A stretch of 45,641 nucleotides of DNA from an archaeon. GTDB lineage: Archaea > SpSt-1190 > DYHY01. The stretch is taken from positions 1 through 45,641 of the forward strand of contig JBBIPP010000011.1 in the NCBI GenBank assembly GCA_037442745.1, written 5' to 3'. Positions 36,257 through 44,856 of this stretch are shown piece after piece (within the stretch, counting starts at the first letter, position 1; each line of letters starts with the position of its first letter). A program made the translations under genes and the position numbers. Under the pieces are notes generated by a model that saw only the letters and a program-made list of their open reading frames with translations, did no database searches and had not been told where the DNA came from.

Positions 36257-37290
36257 TGTTTTAACTTGCCAAAAAGGCGTCCGGAAACGATTTCGGATCC
36301 CTTATTGAGCTGGCGAATGCTATTGCAAAAGAGGAAAGCGAAAGGACGTGTGTTCCGATACTGGATTTAATTTAGCTTGCAAACATGGAAGGGCAGAGGC
36401 TGGCCGAATTCAAGGGAGCTGACAGGAAAATAGTCTTTCTTTTGACCCTTCTGATGGACGCCTTGCTCGGAGAGAGGAATTGCCGGGGATTATCGTGGCA
36501 GGAATAGGGAGATTCCGCCAGTCCTCCTGCCAGTTCGGTAGTTGTCGTTGAGGCTGTTTTCGGAAAGGATTTCGTTTTCGACTAGGCCGGAACTAGGTTT
36601 TCCGGCCTGAAAATCGCGCTAGGTGAAATCCTCAAAGCGAATAAAACTGCGAAAAGGACGAAAATATCCCTTCTTCCTTAGGAAAGGGATTTTAACCAAG
36701 CCAGCTTTCCTTTCTCACAGAGGCGGGAAAAGCGCGTTGCGAGTATATTGAGCTCGTCTGCGGGAATTCCATCCTTCTTTCAAGAATGTTCATGCGGGAT
36801 TTTTCCGGAATTTTGGGATAAGCCGATATGGCGGAAATCTGGCTTTACGGCAACCGGGACCGCTCCAAGGTCGGATTCGCTGTTTCCTCAACAGAAATCT
36901 CAGGTGGCTTTCCCGGGCTCTCGGAAACTGCCCTCGAAGCAGTCAGAGAATATTGCAACCCTCTCTCAAGGCACAGGGGAACTGCGCACCCAGAAATTGT
37001 CCTGTTCGGGAGAAAAGGAGAGGGAAAATAGCATTCCCGTTCTACTGGATTCACGGAGGACGGCCGGAGGGTTCTTGACTCAGCGGAAGAGAAAGAAGAG
37101 CTCCGGAAAGGGATTCTAAATTACCGCCTTCCGGAGAAATTGGCCGAGCTCGCAGAATCTGAAACGCAGATTTTGGGGAAGAGGATTATGACTGCTTGAC
37201 CCGGTTCTTCCTCCCTGATTGGCTATCTTGCGCTGGGTTTGTCAGGGAGCCTATTGCTCGGCAGACTATCTTCTCGGAATTTTTTGCGCA
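36257..37290 (+). pseudogene. About 1 kb of decayed coding sequence
   Basis: Protein-like pieces with in-frame stops (MEGQRLAEFKGADRKIVFLL...*GDS...; MAEIWLYGNRD...*). No long ORF. Confidence 0.35.
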
Positions 37291-37356
37291 GTCAGGGATT
37301 TTAAAAAGAAGTTCCGATAGGTGAAATGCGCATTCCTCGACTGGAACGAAACCAAC

Positions 37357-37536
37357 CTATGCCTTTGCCTTGACAAGCCGTTTCTTGGCGCGGAGGCCCT
37401 TGTATCCGCATTTCCTGCAAATAACAAGCCCCCTTTTCACGCGAATTGGGTCTGCCCGTATTTTGCAGTTGCATCTCATGCAAACAAAAACTCCCTTGAA
37501 GAGCCTTGCCTGTGTAATCGGATTAGGTACTGCCAT
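37357..37536 (-). CDS. rpl40e: 50S ribosomal protein L40e
   Basis: VCMRCN...CRKCGYKGLRAKK. Start ATG at 37536. Confidence 0.92.
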   Translation of the reverse strand: MAVPNPITQARLFKGVFVCMRCNCKIRADPIRVKRGLVICRKCGYKGLRAKKRLVKAKA

Positions 37537-38044
37537 TTTTGGTCTCTGAAAGGACAATTTCCTGTGTTTTTAAGACTTGCTTTCGGGTTTCGCATGAGGA
37601 GTAAATATCCAAAAGCTCTCCGTTCATGTCGGCAAAAGTTCTGGCCCACCTAAACTCGCCTAATATTGAGAGGGCGTGCTCCTTTTCCCGAAGAATCCAG
37701 AGAGCTCCTGCGAACGCTTCAACTGTCGAGAGTTTTGTCGGTTTTCCGAAATTCACGGGGTTTGCAGGAACCAGATAGGGAAGAGCTCTTGGAACAACGC
37801 CATCGAGGAACTTGTTCCGCCTGACAAGCTCGTTCCAGGAGCAGTCGAAAACTGTCAGCCCTTCCTCCTTGGCAAATGGAATGTCCTCGGGCGAGAGCGC
37901 AATTTCTGAGAGCGGATTCAAAAGTATTCCCGCAGGTTCAGTGACTTCCTCGGCCCGCCCGTGCTTTAGGAGGCGCTCTCCAGTGCACATTTTCGGGTCG
38001 CATTCGTGGGAATTGACAATTTTCAAGACAATATCTCCTTCCAT
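37523..38044 (-). CDS. tsr3: 16S rRNA aminocarboxypropyltransferase Tsr3 (DUF367)
   Basis: ECDPKMCTG, LLNP, FDCSW and RALPYLVPANPVNFGKPTKLSTVEA motifs. Start 38044 (alternative 38104). Confidence 0.95.
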   Translation of the reverse strand: MEGDIVLKIVNSHECDPKMCTGERLLKHGRAEEVTEPAGILLNPLSEIALSPEDIPFAKEEGLTVFDCSWNELVRRNKFLDGVVPRALPYLVPANPVNFGKPTKLSTVEAFAGALWILREKEHALSILGEFRWARTFADMNGELLDIYSSCETRKQVLKTQEIVLSETKNGST

Positions 38045-38272
38045 GTTCCCAATTGGCGGGAATTCCCCGGAATATAAGCTTTCAAAAAAGTTATAAACGC
38101 CCATGGAAAACCACACCCGTTCTTGAAAAATCAGGATTTCAACAACGAAAAGTGCTAGCAAACGAGCGACTCTTTCTATTGGGGAAACACATTTTAAGGA
38201 ACAACAACAGAATCCTCAAGGATTCTCGTAACAAAAAAAAAACAAAATCAAACAACAAGAGTGAAACACGAA

Positions 38273-39601
38273 ATGACAGTGGAAATAACCGCAATTGGCG
38301 GATATGATGAAATCGGAAAGAACATGACTGTAGTTTCCTTCGGGGACGAGGCAATAGTAATTGACCTTGGGCTCCATGTTGAGAAGCTCATGGGCGAGAG
38401 ATACGACATCTCCAGGATGAGCAGGGAGGAACTCCTCTCAATTGAGGCAATCCCGGATTATAGGCTCCTGCGGAAAATACAGAAGAAGATTGTCGCGGTC
38501 TTCATCGGGCACGCGCACCTCGACCATGTCGGTGCTGCCTCGAAATTGGCAGGCCTATTCAAGAACGTCCCCTTTTACATGACTCCGTTCACTGCGGGCA
38601 TTTTCAGGGGCCAGCTAGATGACGAGGAGAAATACAGGGGATTGAAGCCGGATATCAGGATTGTGAAACCGGGGGCAAAAATCTCGGCCGGAAAGAGTTT
38701 TGTAGTTGAATTCATCGGAGTCTCCCACTCTGTTCCTGATTCTGCGGTTCTAGCAGTACACACCCCGAAAGGAATTTTCCTATATGCCCTTGACTGGAAG
38801 TTCGACGACCGCCCCGGAGTCGGAGGGAAGACTAACATCTCCCGCCTGGCGCAGCTCGGGGAGAAGGGGCGGGTCCTCGGAATGGCTTTTGACACTACAA
38901 GAATCGAGCGCTCTGAACCTACCGGAAGCGAGCATTATGCAATGGAGAAAATCAAGCAGGCGGTCGGAAGCCTTGAAGGGGAAGGGATAATTGCGACAAC
39001 GTTCGCATCCCATATTGCCCGTCTCCAGACACTGATAAACGAAGGGCAGAAGCAGAAGAGAAAAGTCGTCCTTCTCGGGAGAAGCATGGAGAAATACGTA
39101 GGAGTTGCAAATGAGCTGAAACTGATTTCCATGAACCGGGCGGAAGCCTGGGGAAGGCCGAAATCAATACAGGCAGTCCTTTCGAAAATAAAGGATGACA
39201 AGGACAGGTATCTTCTCATTGTCACAGGAAACCAAGGGGAGCCGGGGTCCGTTCTTGACAGAATGGTTGAAGGGACGCTCCCTTACAAGTTCAACAAAAT
39301 GGACAACATCCTTTTCTGTTCGGAGGCAATTCCAACTGAAATGAACCTGAAATGCAGGAAGGATATTGAAAGGCGCCTGAAGACAATGGGCGCGGGAGTG
39401 CATCTCGGCCTCCACGTTTCCGGGCACGCATCGGGGGGAGACATTGAGCGGTTCATAAAATTGGTCAAGCCGAAGACTCTTATCCCGACCCATGGGGGGA
39501 TTGAAAAGCTCCTCCGGGCGCGGAAACTTGCCGAGGGAATCGGGTACAAGAGAGAAGATGTCCATCTTCTGCATGACGGAGAGTCGGTAAAGCTTAATTA
39601 G
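38273..39601 (+). CDS. rnj: Ribonuclease J (beta-CASP metallo-beta-lactamase)
   Basis: GGYDEIGKNM, HAHLDHVG, HSVP, DWKFD, TTFASHIARL, TGNQGEP, HVSGHA and IPTHG motifs. Confidence 0.95.
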   Translation: MTVEITAIGGYDEIGKNMTVVSFGDEAIVIDLGLHVEKLMGERYDISRMSREELLSIEAIPDYRLLRKIQKKIVAVFIGHAHLDHVGAASKLAGLFKNVPFYMTPFTAGIFRGQLDDEEKYRGLKPDIRIVKPGAKISAGKSFVVEFIGVSHSVPDSAVLAVHTPKGIFLYALDWKFDDRPGVGGKTNISRLAQLGEKGRVLGMAFDTTRIERSEPTGSEHYAMEKIKQAVGSLEGEGIIATTFASHIARLQTLINEGQKQKRKVVLLGRSMEKYVGVANELKLISMNRAEAWGRPKSIQAVLSKIKDDKDRYLLIVTGNQGEPGSVLDRMVEGTLPYKFNKMDNILFCSEAIPTEMNLKCRKDIERRLKTMGAGVHLGLHVSGHASGGDIERFIKLVKPKTLIPTHGGIEKLLRARKLAEGIGYKREDVHLLHDGESVKLN

Positions 39602-39609
39602 TGTTTCTT

Positions 39610-39626
39610 ACTGACTCGGAGTCAGT
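39610..39626. terminator. Perfect palindrome between convergent genes
   Basis: ACTGACTC-G-GAGTCAGT, 8 bp after the rnj stop. Confidence 0.35.
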
Positions 39627-39649
39627 GCAAGAGCGTGGACGGAGAAAGC

Positions 39650-39753
39650 GCGAAGCCTCTCCGCACTAAAGTGCTGAGCTTCACCTGAATTGACGCTATA
39701 TTTTCAGGCTTCATCCACGCCCTGAAGGACGCGGCTTTCGCCTGAGGGGCGGG
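39650..39753 (-). mobile_element. Non-autonomous IS200/IS605-family element (PATE)
   Basis: Minus strand: TTAC|...TCAGGCG-AAAG-CCGCGTCC-TTCA-GGGCGTGG-ATGAAGCCTGA (left end) and GAAG-CTCAGCAC-TTTA-GTGCGGAG-AGGCTTCGC (right end). No ORF. Confidence 0.7.
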
Positions 39754-39764
39754 GTAAAATTTGG

Positions 39765-40655
39765 CTAGAAAACCGAAACTGTTATCAATCCCAAAACCCC
39801 GACAACCACTCCCGCAATCTGCCTTTTCGAGGGGTGCTCGCCCAAAAGGGGGACTGAGAGAAGCAGGACAACTGCGGGGGCAAGGGATGAGATGAGAGCC
39901 GGAATTGAGGCGCCCGCGAACTTTACCGCAACGTTATAGAGCATGAAGCTTGCGGTGTTCATTGCTCCGAGAATCAGGATTTTCTTCAAGGGAAAGCCGG
40001 CTCTTTTTTTCGCTGCTGGGGATTTCAGGAACTTCTTTGAGAGGAAATAATAGGGAAGAAACGCCGGGAAGAAGAATATCCTTGTCATCAGGACAGGGAG
40101 GAAGATTCCTCCCTCATCGACAATCGGCTTTGTGAAGAACATTGAGAACCCCCATAGAAGCATTGCCAAAAGCCCCCATTTGGCGGACGAGTCAAAGACA
40201 AACCCACTCTTCCCAGAGAACGCAATCAGGTAAATTGACAGGAGGGCGAGGATTGACCCGACCCAAAATCCAAAAGTCACCTTCTCTCCGAGAATCGGAA
40301 TCGCGAGGCTGAAAGTTACAAAGGGCCAGAGATATGTCAGTGGCTGCGCAATTGAGAGCTTTCCCCCCTCAAGCGCGTGGAAATATGCAATCCATGCGAA
40401 GGAGTTCGCAATTCCCGAGACGAAGGAATACCAATAGAACTCTTGGGATTTCGCGAAAATGAGGGGGTCGAAGAAAAAGAATATTGGGAGAAGGGCGAAG
40501 AAGCTAGCAGTCGAGGTTGCCTGGTTGAAGAGGAGGGCTTCCCTTGCCCCGAGAATGTCAATTATCCTCTTTGAGAAAATGTCGGAAAACGCCCAAATAA
40601 TGATTACTGCGGAAGAAACCGCAATTCCTATTCCGACAGGCTCAATAAGCGCCAT
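39765..40655 (-). CDS. DMT/EamA family transporter
   Basis: About 10 TM in two repeats (AYFHALEGGKLSIAQP...ILGEK; LLGEH). Start ATG 40655. Confidence 0.9.
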   Translation of the reverse strand: MALIEPVGIGIAVSSAVIIIWAFSDIFSKRIIDILGAREALLFNQATSTASFFALLPIFFFFDPLIFAKSQEFYWYSFVSGIANSFAWIAYFHALEGGKLSIAQPLTYLWPFVTFSLAIPILGEKVTFGFWVGSILALLSIYLIAFSGKSGFVFDSSAKWGLLAMLLWGFSMFFTKPIVDEGGIFLPVLMTRIFFFPAFLPYYFLSKKFLKSPAAKKRAGFPLKKILILGAMNTASFMLYNVAVKFAGASIPALISSLAPAVVLLLSVPLLGEHPSKRQIAGVVVGVLGLITVSVF

Positions 40656-40656
40656 T

Positions 40657-41394
40657 CTAATCAGACTGGCTCCCGAGAATTGTCCCGTCAAGGAGAACGG
40701 CCCTGACGCTCTTTTTTTTGAGGTATTTGAAGAACCCGCGGGATAAGTCAAGTTCCTGGAAAAGCGCGCCACCGAGAAGCGGGTTGAATGCCGGAAGGAT
40801 TATTGCCGGGCGCGCCTTTTTCCTCCCGGCCCTTCTTGTCCCGGAACCTGGAAGGTCGATTTCCCCGGAAATGTAGCAGGGGGCTTTCTGGAACTTTTCG
40901 AGCGTGTCGACAATTGCGACAGTTGGATGGAGATGTGAGAGGACAAAGAGGCGCGCCTTTTTGGCAAGGCTCTCTTCCGGAAAAGCGTGTCCGTGGAAAA
41001 GAATGGCTTTTTCCTTCTCGAGAAAAAGCCCGAAAGCCGGGAGGAGCCGGACGTTCCGTATCGGGAAAATGTTCTCAAGGCCCCCGTCATGGTTCCCGGG
41101 AACAATCTCTGTCCGCGCGATTTTTCCACATTCCGTCAGGAAATTCCTGACCTGCTTTTCCTCGGAAAAGGTCGGGTTTGAGAAAGAGTGCTTGACATCC
41201 CCGAGAATTATTATTCTCTTTGCCTTTTTTTCAGAGACAATGAAGGAGAGGCGCTCCAAGAAACCCCTGGACTGGTCAGGGACGAACACCCCGGTTCTGC
41301 CTAGAGTTTCCTCGAAACCCAAATGGATGTCAGAGACTATTATTGCACCTTCCTTTTTCGAATAGAGGGCGCGCTCTCCCAAGACCAGTTCCAT
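40657..41394 (-). CDS. Calcineurin-like metallophosphoesterase
   Basis: SDIHLG, LGDVKH, PGNHD, FHGH, SHLHP and LPAFN motifs. Confidence 0.93.
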   Translation of the reverse strand: MELVLGERALYSKKEGAIIVSDIHLGFEETLGRTGVFVPDQSRGFLERLSFIVSEKKAKRIIILGDVKHSFSNPTFSEEKQVRNFLTECGKIARTEIVPGNHDGGLENIFPIRNVRLLPAFGLFLEKEKAILFHGHAFPEESLAKKARLFVLSHLHPTVAIVDTLEKFQKAPCYISGEIDLPGSGTRRAGRKKARPAIILPAFNPLLGGALFQELDLSRGFFKYLKKKSVRAVLLDGTILGSQSD

Positions 41395-41449
41395 TTTCCA
41401 TTGGGCGGATGCGTTCTGGTTAAAAAGGGGGACGGTTCCTCCATCAATA

Positions 41450-42133
41450 ATGGACCGGCCACTTTACACGCTTGTTCTCGGCGAGTGCGAGCTCGAGCTA
41501 GTCCCGAAAGAGCTCTGGAAAGACCCGCTAGTGCAATCAAAGGCAAGCAAGCGGGGTAAGAACCCTTGGGAGCTCATTCTCGATTCCGGGGAATTCCACA
41601 AGGGAATGAAGAAGGCAATTCCCGATTGGGAGAGGAGGGGAAGGCCGGATCTAGTCTATTTCGCCATTGTTATTGCGACAGATTCCCCGGCATTTTCGGA
41701 CGGAAGAATGGAAATTGTCCTTCATCTTAGGGGTGACAATATTGTAAGAATAAAGTCTGGCCTCCGGCCTCCGAAGGAATATTCCCGCTTTCTTGGACTG
41801 ACAGAACAGCTCCTTTCAAATGGAAGGGTGCCTGTTGAAGGGGAGTGGCTGATGAGAATTGAGCCGGAAAAAATGAGCCTCCCGGAACTTTTGAAAAGCC
41901 TCGGGAAAGAGACAATTGTGTTTGACACCGGGGAGAGGATATTTTCGGCGGGGGAATTCTCGGAAATTGTCAGAGACAACAAGCCCAGAACTTTTCTTAT
42001 CGGGGGGTTCCCCAGCGGCACTTTTCAATCAGAGCCCGAAGGGAAAAGGGTTGCAATAAGCTCAAAAGAGCTCCTTGCCGGAACTGTTGTCGGCTTCCTC
42101 TCGGCAGCCCTCGGGGACAAGAGGGATGTCTGA
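41450..42133 (+). CDS. nep1: 16S rRNA pseudouridine N1-methyltransferase Nep1 (EMG1)
   Basis: ELELVP, ILDS, RRGRPDL, RFLGLTEQLL and IGGFPSG motifs. Confidence 0.93.
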   Translation: MDRPLYTLVLGECELELVPKELWKDPLVQSKASKRGKNPWELILDSGEFHKGMKKAIPDWERRGRPDLVYFAIVIATDSPAFSDGRMEIVLHLRGDNIVRIKSGLRPPKEYSRFLGLTEQLLSNGRVPVEGEWLMRIEPEKMSLPELLKSLGKETIVFDTGERIFSAGEFSEIVRDNKPRTFLIGGFPSGTFQSEPEGKRVAISSKELLAGTVVGFLSAALGDKRDV

Positions 42134-42135
42134 AA

Positions 42136-42483
42136 ATGAGGCGCACGGAGACTGGTATCAATCCTGACGCAATTGCCCGGGCAAGAATTGGGATTCTCTT
42201 TTCAAGGGCATTCCTGGTCTTTCCGGAAAATCCCGCCCTTGGCGCAAGATACATCTCCCTCGGGAGGAAAATAGCCCTCCGGCACGCAATACGCCTCGGG
42301 AAAATGCGGGAGCTCTACTGCAAAAACTGCAATTCCCCGAGAATACCGGGGAGGACTGCCAAATACAGGGCACTGCCCGGAAAAATCCTCTCAATCACCT
42401 GCCTTGTATGCGGAGAAACGAACAGAAGGAAACTCGGGGAAAGGCTAGAAAATGGAGCGAAAACCCCGGTAAAGAAACCTTAA
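42136..42483 (+). CDS. rnp4: RNase P protein Rpp21 (component 4)
   Basis: IARARI...RYISL...YCKNC...TCLVCG. Confidence 0.9.
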   Translation: MRRTETGINPDAIARARIGILFSRAFLVFPENPALGARYISLGRKIALRHAIRLGKMRELYCKNCNSPRIPGRTAKYRALPGKILSITCLVCGETNRRKLGERLENGAKTPVKKP

Positions 42484-42516
42484 TAAATGCATGAAAATCC
42501 CGGGATGTTGAGTAAA

Positions 42517-42948
42517 ATGGCAACACCAAACGACGTTTCCGCTCAAAAGCTAATTGAAACAATGGCAGACGACCTCGCCGGCAAATTGAAGCAGCCGGAT
42601 TGGAGCAGGTTTGTCAAGACAGGTCCCCAGGCATCAAGGCTTCCAACACAGAAGAACTGGTATTTCCTGAAATCTGCGAGTGTTCTTCGGCGAATTTACG
42701 TTGATGGGCCGGTCGGAATAGAGCGCTTGAGGACAGTCTACGGAGGCTTGGCCGAGCGCGGGACAAAGCCGAAGAGGTTCATCAGAGCCGGCGGAAAAAT
42801 AATCAGGACAATAATACAGGATCTGGAAAAGCAGGGCCTAGTAGAGAAAGCGGGAACGAAGGGAAGGGCGATTTCCTCCAAAGGAAGGAAATATGTCGAC
42901 TCTGTCTGCAAAAAAGCCCTGACTATTCCCCAAAAACCGGTAGAGTAA
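42517..42948 (+). CDS. rps19e: 30S ribosomal protein S19e
   Basis: PDWSRFVKTG, WYFLKSASVLRRIY and GPVGIERLRTVYGG motifs. Confidence 0.96.
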   Translation: MATPNDVSAQKLIETMADDLAGKLKQPDWSRFVKTGPQASRLPTQKNWYFLKSASVLRRIYVDGPVGIERLRTVYGGLAERGTKPKRFIRAGGKIIRTIIQDLEKQGLVEKAGTKGRAISSKGRKYVDSVCKKALTIPQKPVE

Positions 42949-43220
42949 TGAGGGAAATGGACACGCCTCAGACAGGGGAAGAAAGGCTTCAAACAGAGAC
43001 GGCAAAAAAGCTCCTCTTCATGAGGATAATGGACCGGGGCGCGAGAAGAAGGATTAACAACATCCGGGTTGCGAACCATGTGTTTGCCGACCAGGTTGAG
43101 TCCGCAATACTCCGGCTGGTACAATCCGGTCGCGTTCGGGTTGTGGACGAAGGGACTCTCATCTCAATAATAAACCAGATGAGGGGCGAGAAACGCGAGA
43201 CAAGGATAACAAGGAAATAA
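42948..43220 (+). CDS. PDCD5-like double-stranded DNA-binding protein
   Basis: ARRRINNIRVA...QVESAILRLVQSGR; conserved position after rps19e. Confidence 0.88.
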   Translation: MREMDTPQTGEERLQTETAKKLLFMRIMDRGARRRINNIRVANHVFADQVESAILRLVQSGRVRVVDEGTLISIINQMRGEKRETRITRK

Positions 43221-43239
43221 CAATAGGTGAATGGAAGAA

Positions 43240-43395
43240 ATGGCGAGAACGAAACCTGCCGCGAAGAAAATCAGGCTAGTAAAGGCGAACAAGCAGAACA
43301 GAAGGGTGCCGGTCTGGGCAATTGCAAAAACCAAGAGGAAAGTGAGAAGCCACCCGAAACAGCACAGCTGGAGAAGAGGACGGTTGAAAAAGTAA
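43240..43395 (+). CDS. rpl39e: 50S ribosomal protein L39e (51 aa; not in the ORF track)
   Basis: Manual translation: [51 protein letters not shown]. Confidence 0.95.
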   Translation: MARTKPAAKKIRLVKANKQNRRVPVWAIAKTKRKVRSHPKQHSWRRGRLKK

Positions 43396-43396
43396 G

Positions 43397-43732
43397 ATGG
43401 AATTGGAAAAAGTGTTCAGCATATCATTCAGGTCGGTATTCGGCGCCCCGAGAAGGGAGCGTGCAAGGAGAGCTGTGACTCTTGTCAGGGAATATTTAGA
43501 AAAGCACCTCGGAACGTCTGTCGTGAAGATTGGCCCGGCACTAAACGAGACTGTCTGGGCGGACGGAATACAGAACATCCCGAAAAAAGTGAAAATACAC
43601 GTAAAAGTCTCTGACGACAGGACAACAGCTACCGCCGAATTGGCAGGCGTCCCGTTCGCCCTTCCGGAAGCGGAAGAAAAGGCGGAAAAGGCCCAGAAGG
43701 TTGAAAAAGGGCAAGAGAAAAAGAGCGCCTAA
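43397..43732 (+). CDS. rpl31e: 50S ribosomal protein L31e
   Basis: RARRAV...VKIGPALNETVWADGIQNIP. Confidence 0.93.
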   Translation: MELEKVFSISFRSVFGAPRRERARRAVTLVREYLEKHLGTSVVKIGPALNETVWADGIQNIPKKVKIHVKVSDDRTTATAELAGVPFALPEAEEKAEKAQKVEKGQEKKSA

Positions 43733-44389
43733 ATGATGCGGGTACTTCGGGAGGAGATTTTCGCAAGCCCCTTCCTGGGAATATATTCAATTGCAACGGA
43801 AAACGAGTTCTTTATCCCTGCCGGGTTCGACAAGAAGCACATGGGTGAGAGATTCATCGATGTCTTAAAAGTCCCTATACGGCAGATTTCAGTCTACAAT
43901 TCCCAGCTCATCGGGGTTTTCGCAAGGGCAAATTCGTTCGGAATTGTTGTCCCGAAAATTTCCCAGAGACTTGAGGGGGTCGAGAATGTGACTGAAATCT
44001 CGGACAAAATGACTGCAATAGGTAACCTCATTCTCGCAAACGATTGGGGAGCTGTCATTTCTCCAGAATTCAGCAAAAAGGCCGAGAAAGAGATAAAGGA
44101 GGGCTTGGGCGTCCCAGAGGTTTTCAGGGGAACAATTGGCGGAAGCACTTTTGTCGGAAGCAGGGGCTTTGCGACTAACAGAGGAGCCCTCCTATCGTCT
44201 AACGCAAGCGAATCTGAAATTGCCTCAATAAAATCTGCGCTGAAACTCAAGACAATCGGAGTCGGGAGCCTTAACAGGGGAAGCGGGTTCGTCGGAGCGT
44301 GCGCCGCCGGGAATTCTAACGGCCTACTTGTAGGGACACTTACAACCCCGATTGAAATAACGAGACTAGAGGATGTTTTCGAAGAATGA
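43733..44389 (+). CDS. eif6: Translation initiation factor 6 (aIF6)
   Basis: IGNLILANDWGA, GSLNRGSGFVG and NSNG...TTPIE motifs. Confidence 0.95.
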   Translation: MMRVLREEIFASPFLGIYSIATENEFFIPAGFDKKHMGERFIDVLKVPIRQISVYNSQLIGVFARANSFGIVVPKISQRLEGVENVTEISDKMTAIGNLILANDWGAVISPEFSKKAEKEIKEGLGVPEVFRGTIGGSTFVGSRGFATNRGALLSSNASESEIASIKSALKLKTIGVGSLNRGSGFVGACAAGNSNGLLVGTLTTPIEITRLEDVFEE

Positions 44390-44856
44390 AAATTGACAGG
44401 GAAAAATTCACTGAAAAGGTAATGCAGGCAGAGTTCCTGAAGAAGCAGGCGGAGACTGCGACAGCTCAACTGGAGAACGTTGTAAGGAGCCTTTCGGAAA
44501 TGTCCGTCACAAAGGACGCTTTGGGAGAAATATCCGGCCTTTCTGTCGGGACTGAAACCCTTATTCCCCTCGGGTCAGGAATCTATCTCAAAGGGACAAT
44601 ATCGGACAAAAAAAGCGTTTTCATCGGCCTGGGAGCGGAAACAATTGTGGAAAAGGAAATTTCTGAGGCAGTCGCAATCCTAGACGAGCAGATGAAGAAG
44701 CTCGAAGACGCGCGTGAGCACCTTAACAGCACGTCTGAGCAGATAAACGAGACTTTGAAAATTCTTGTTCCTGAACTGGAGGAAATGGCAAGGCAGGCCC
44801 GAATCGTTGGCGCAGGGGACTTGGAGGGCGAGGGCGGATTTGTTCGGGTTTCTTAA
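44386..44856 (+). CDS. pfdA: Prefoldin alpha subunit
   Basis: ETLIPLGSGIYLKG...VFIGLGAETIVEK flanked by coiled coils. Confidence 0.93.
   Translation: MKIDREKFTEKVMQAEFLKKQAETATAQLENVVRSLSEMSVTKDALGEISGLSVGTETLIPLGSGIYLKGTISDKKSVFIGLGAETIVEKEISEAVAILDEQMKKLEDAREHLNSTSEQINETLKILVPELEEMARQARIVGAGDLEGEGGFVRVS

Noticed and set aside
44380-44395. Absence of rpl18a/LX between eIF6 and prefoldin
   Set aside because: The gene is variably lost or relocated in archaea, so this is not informative from one window.
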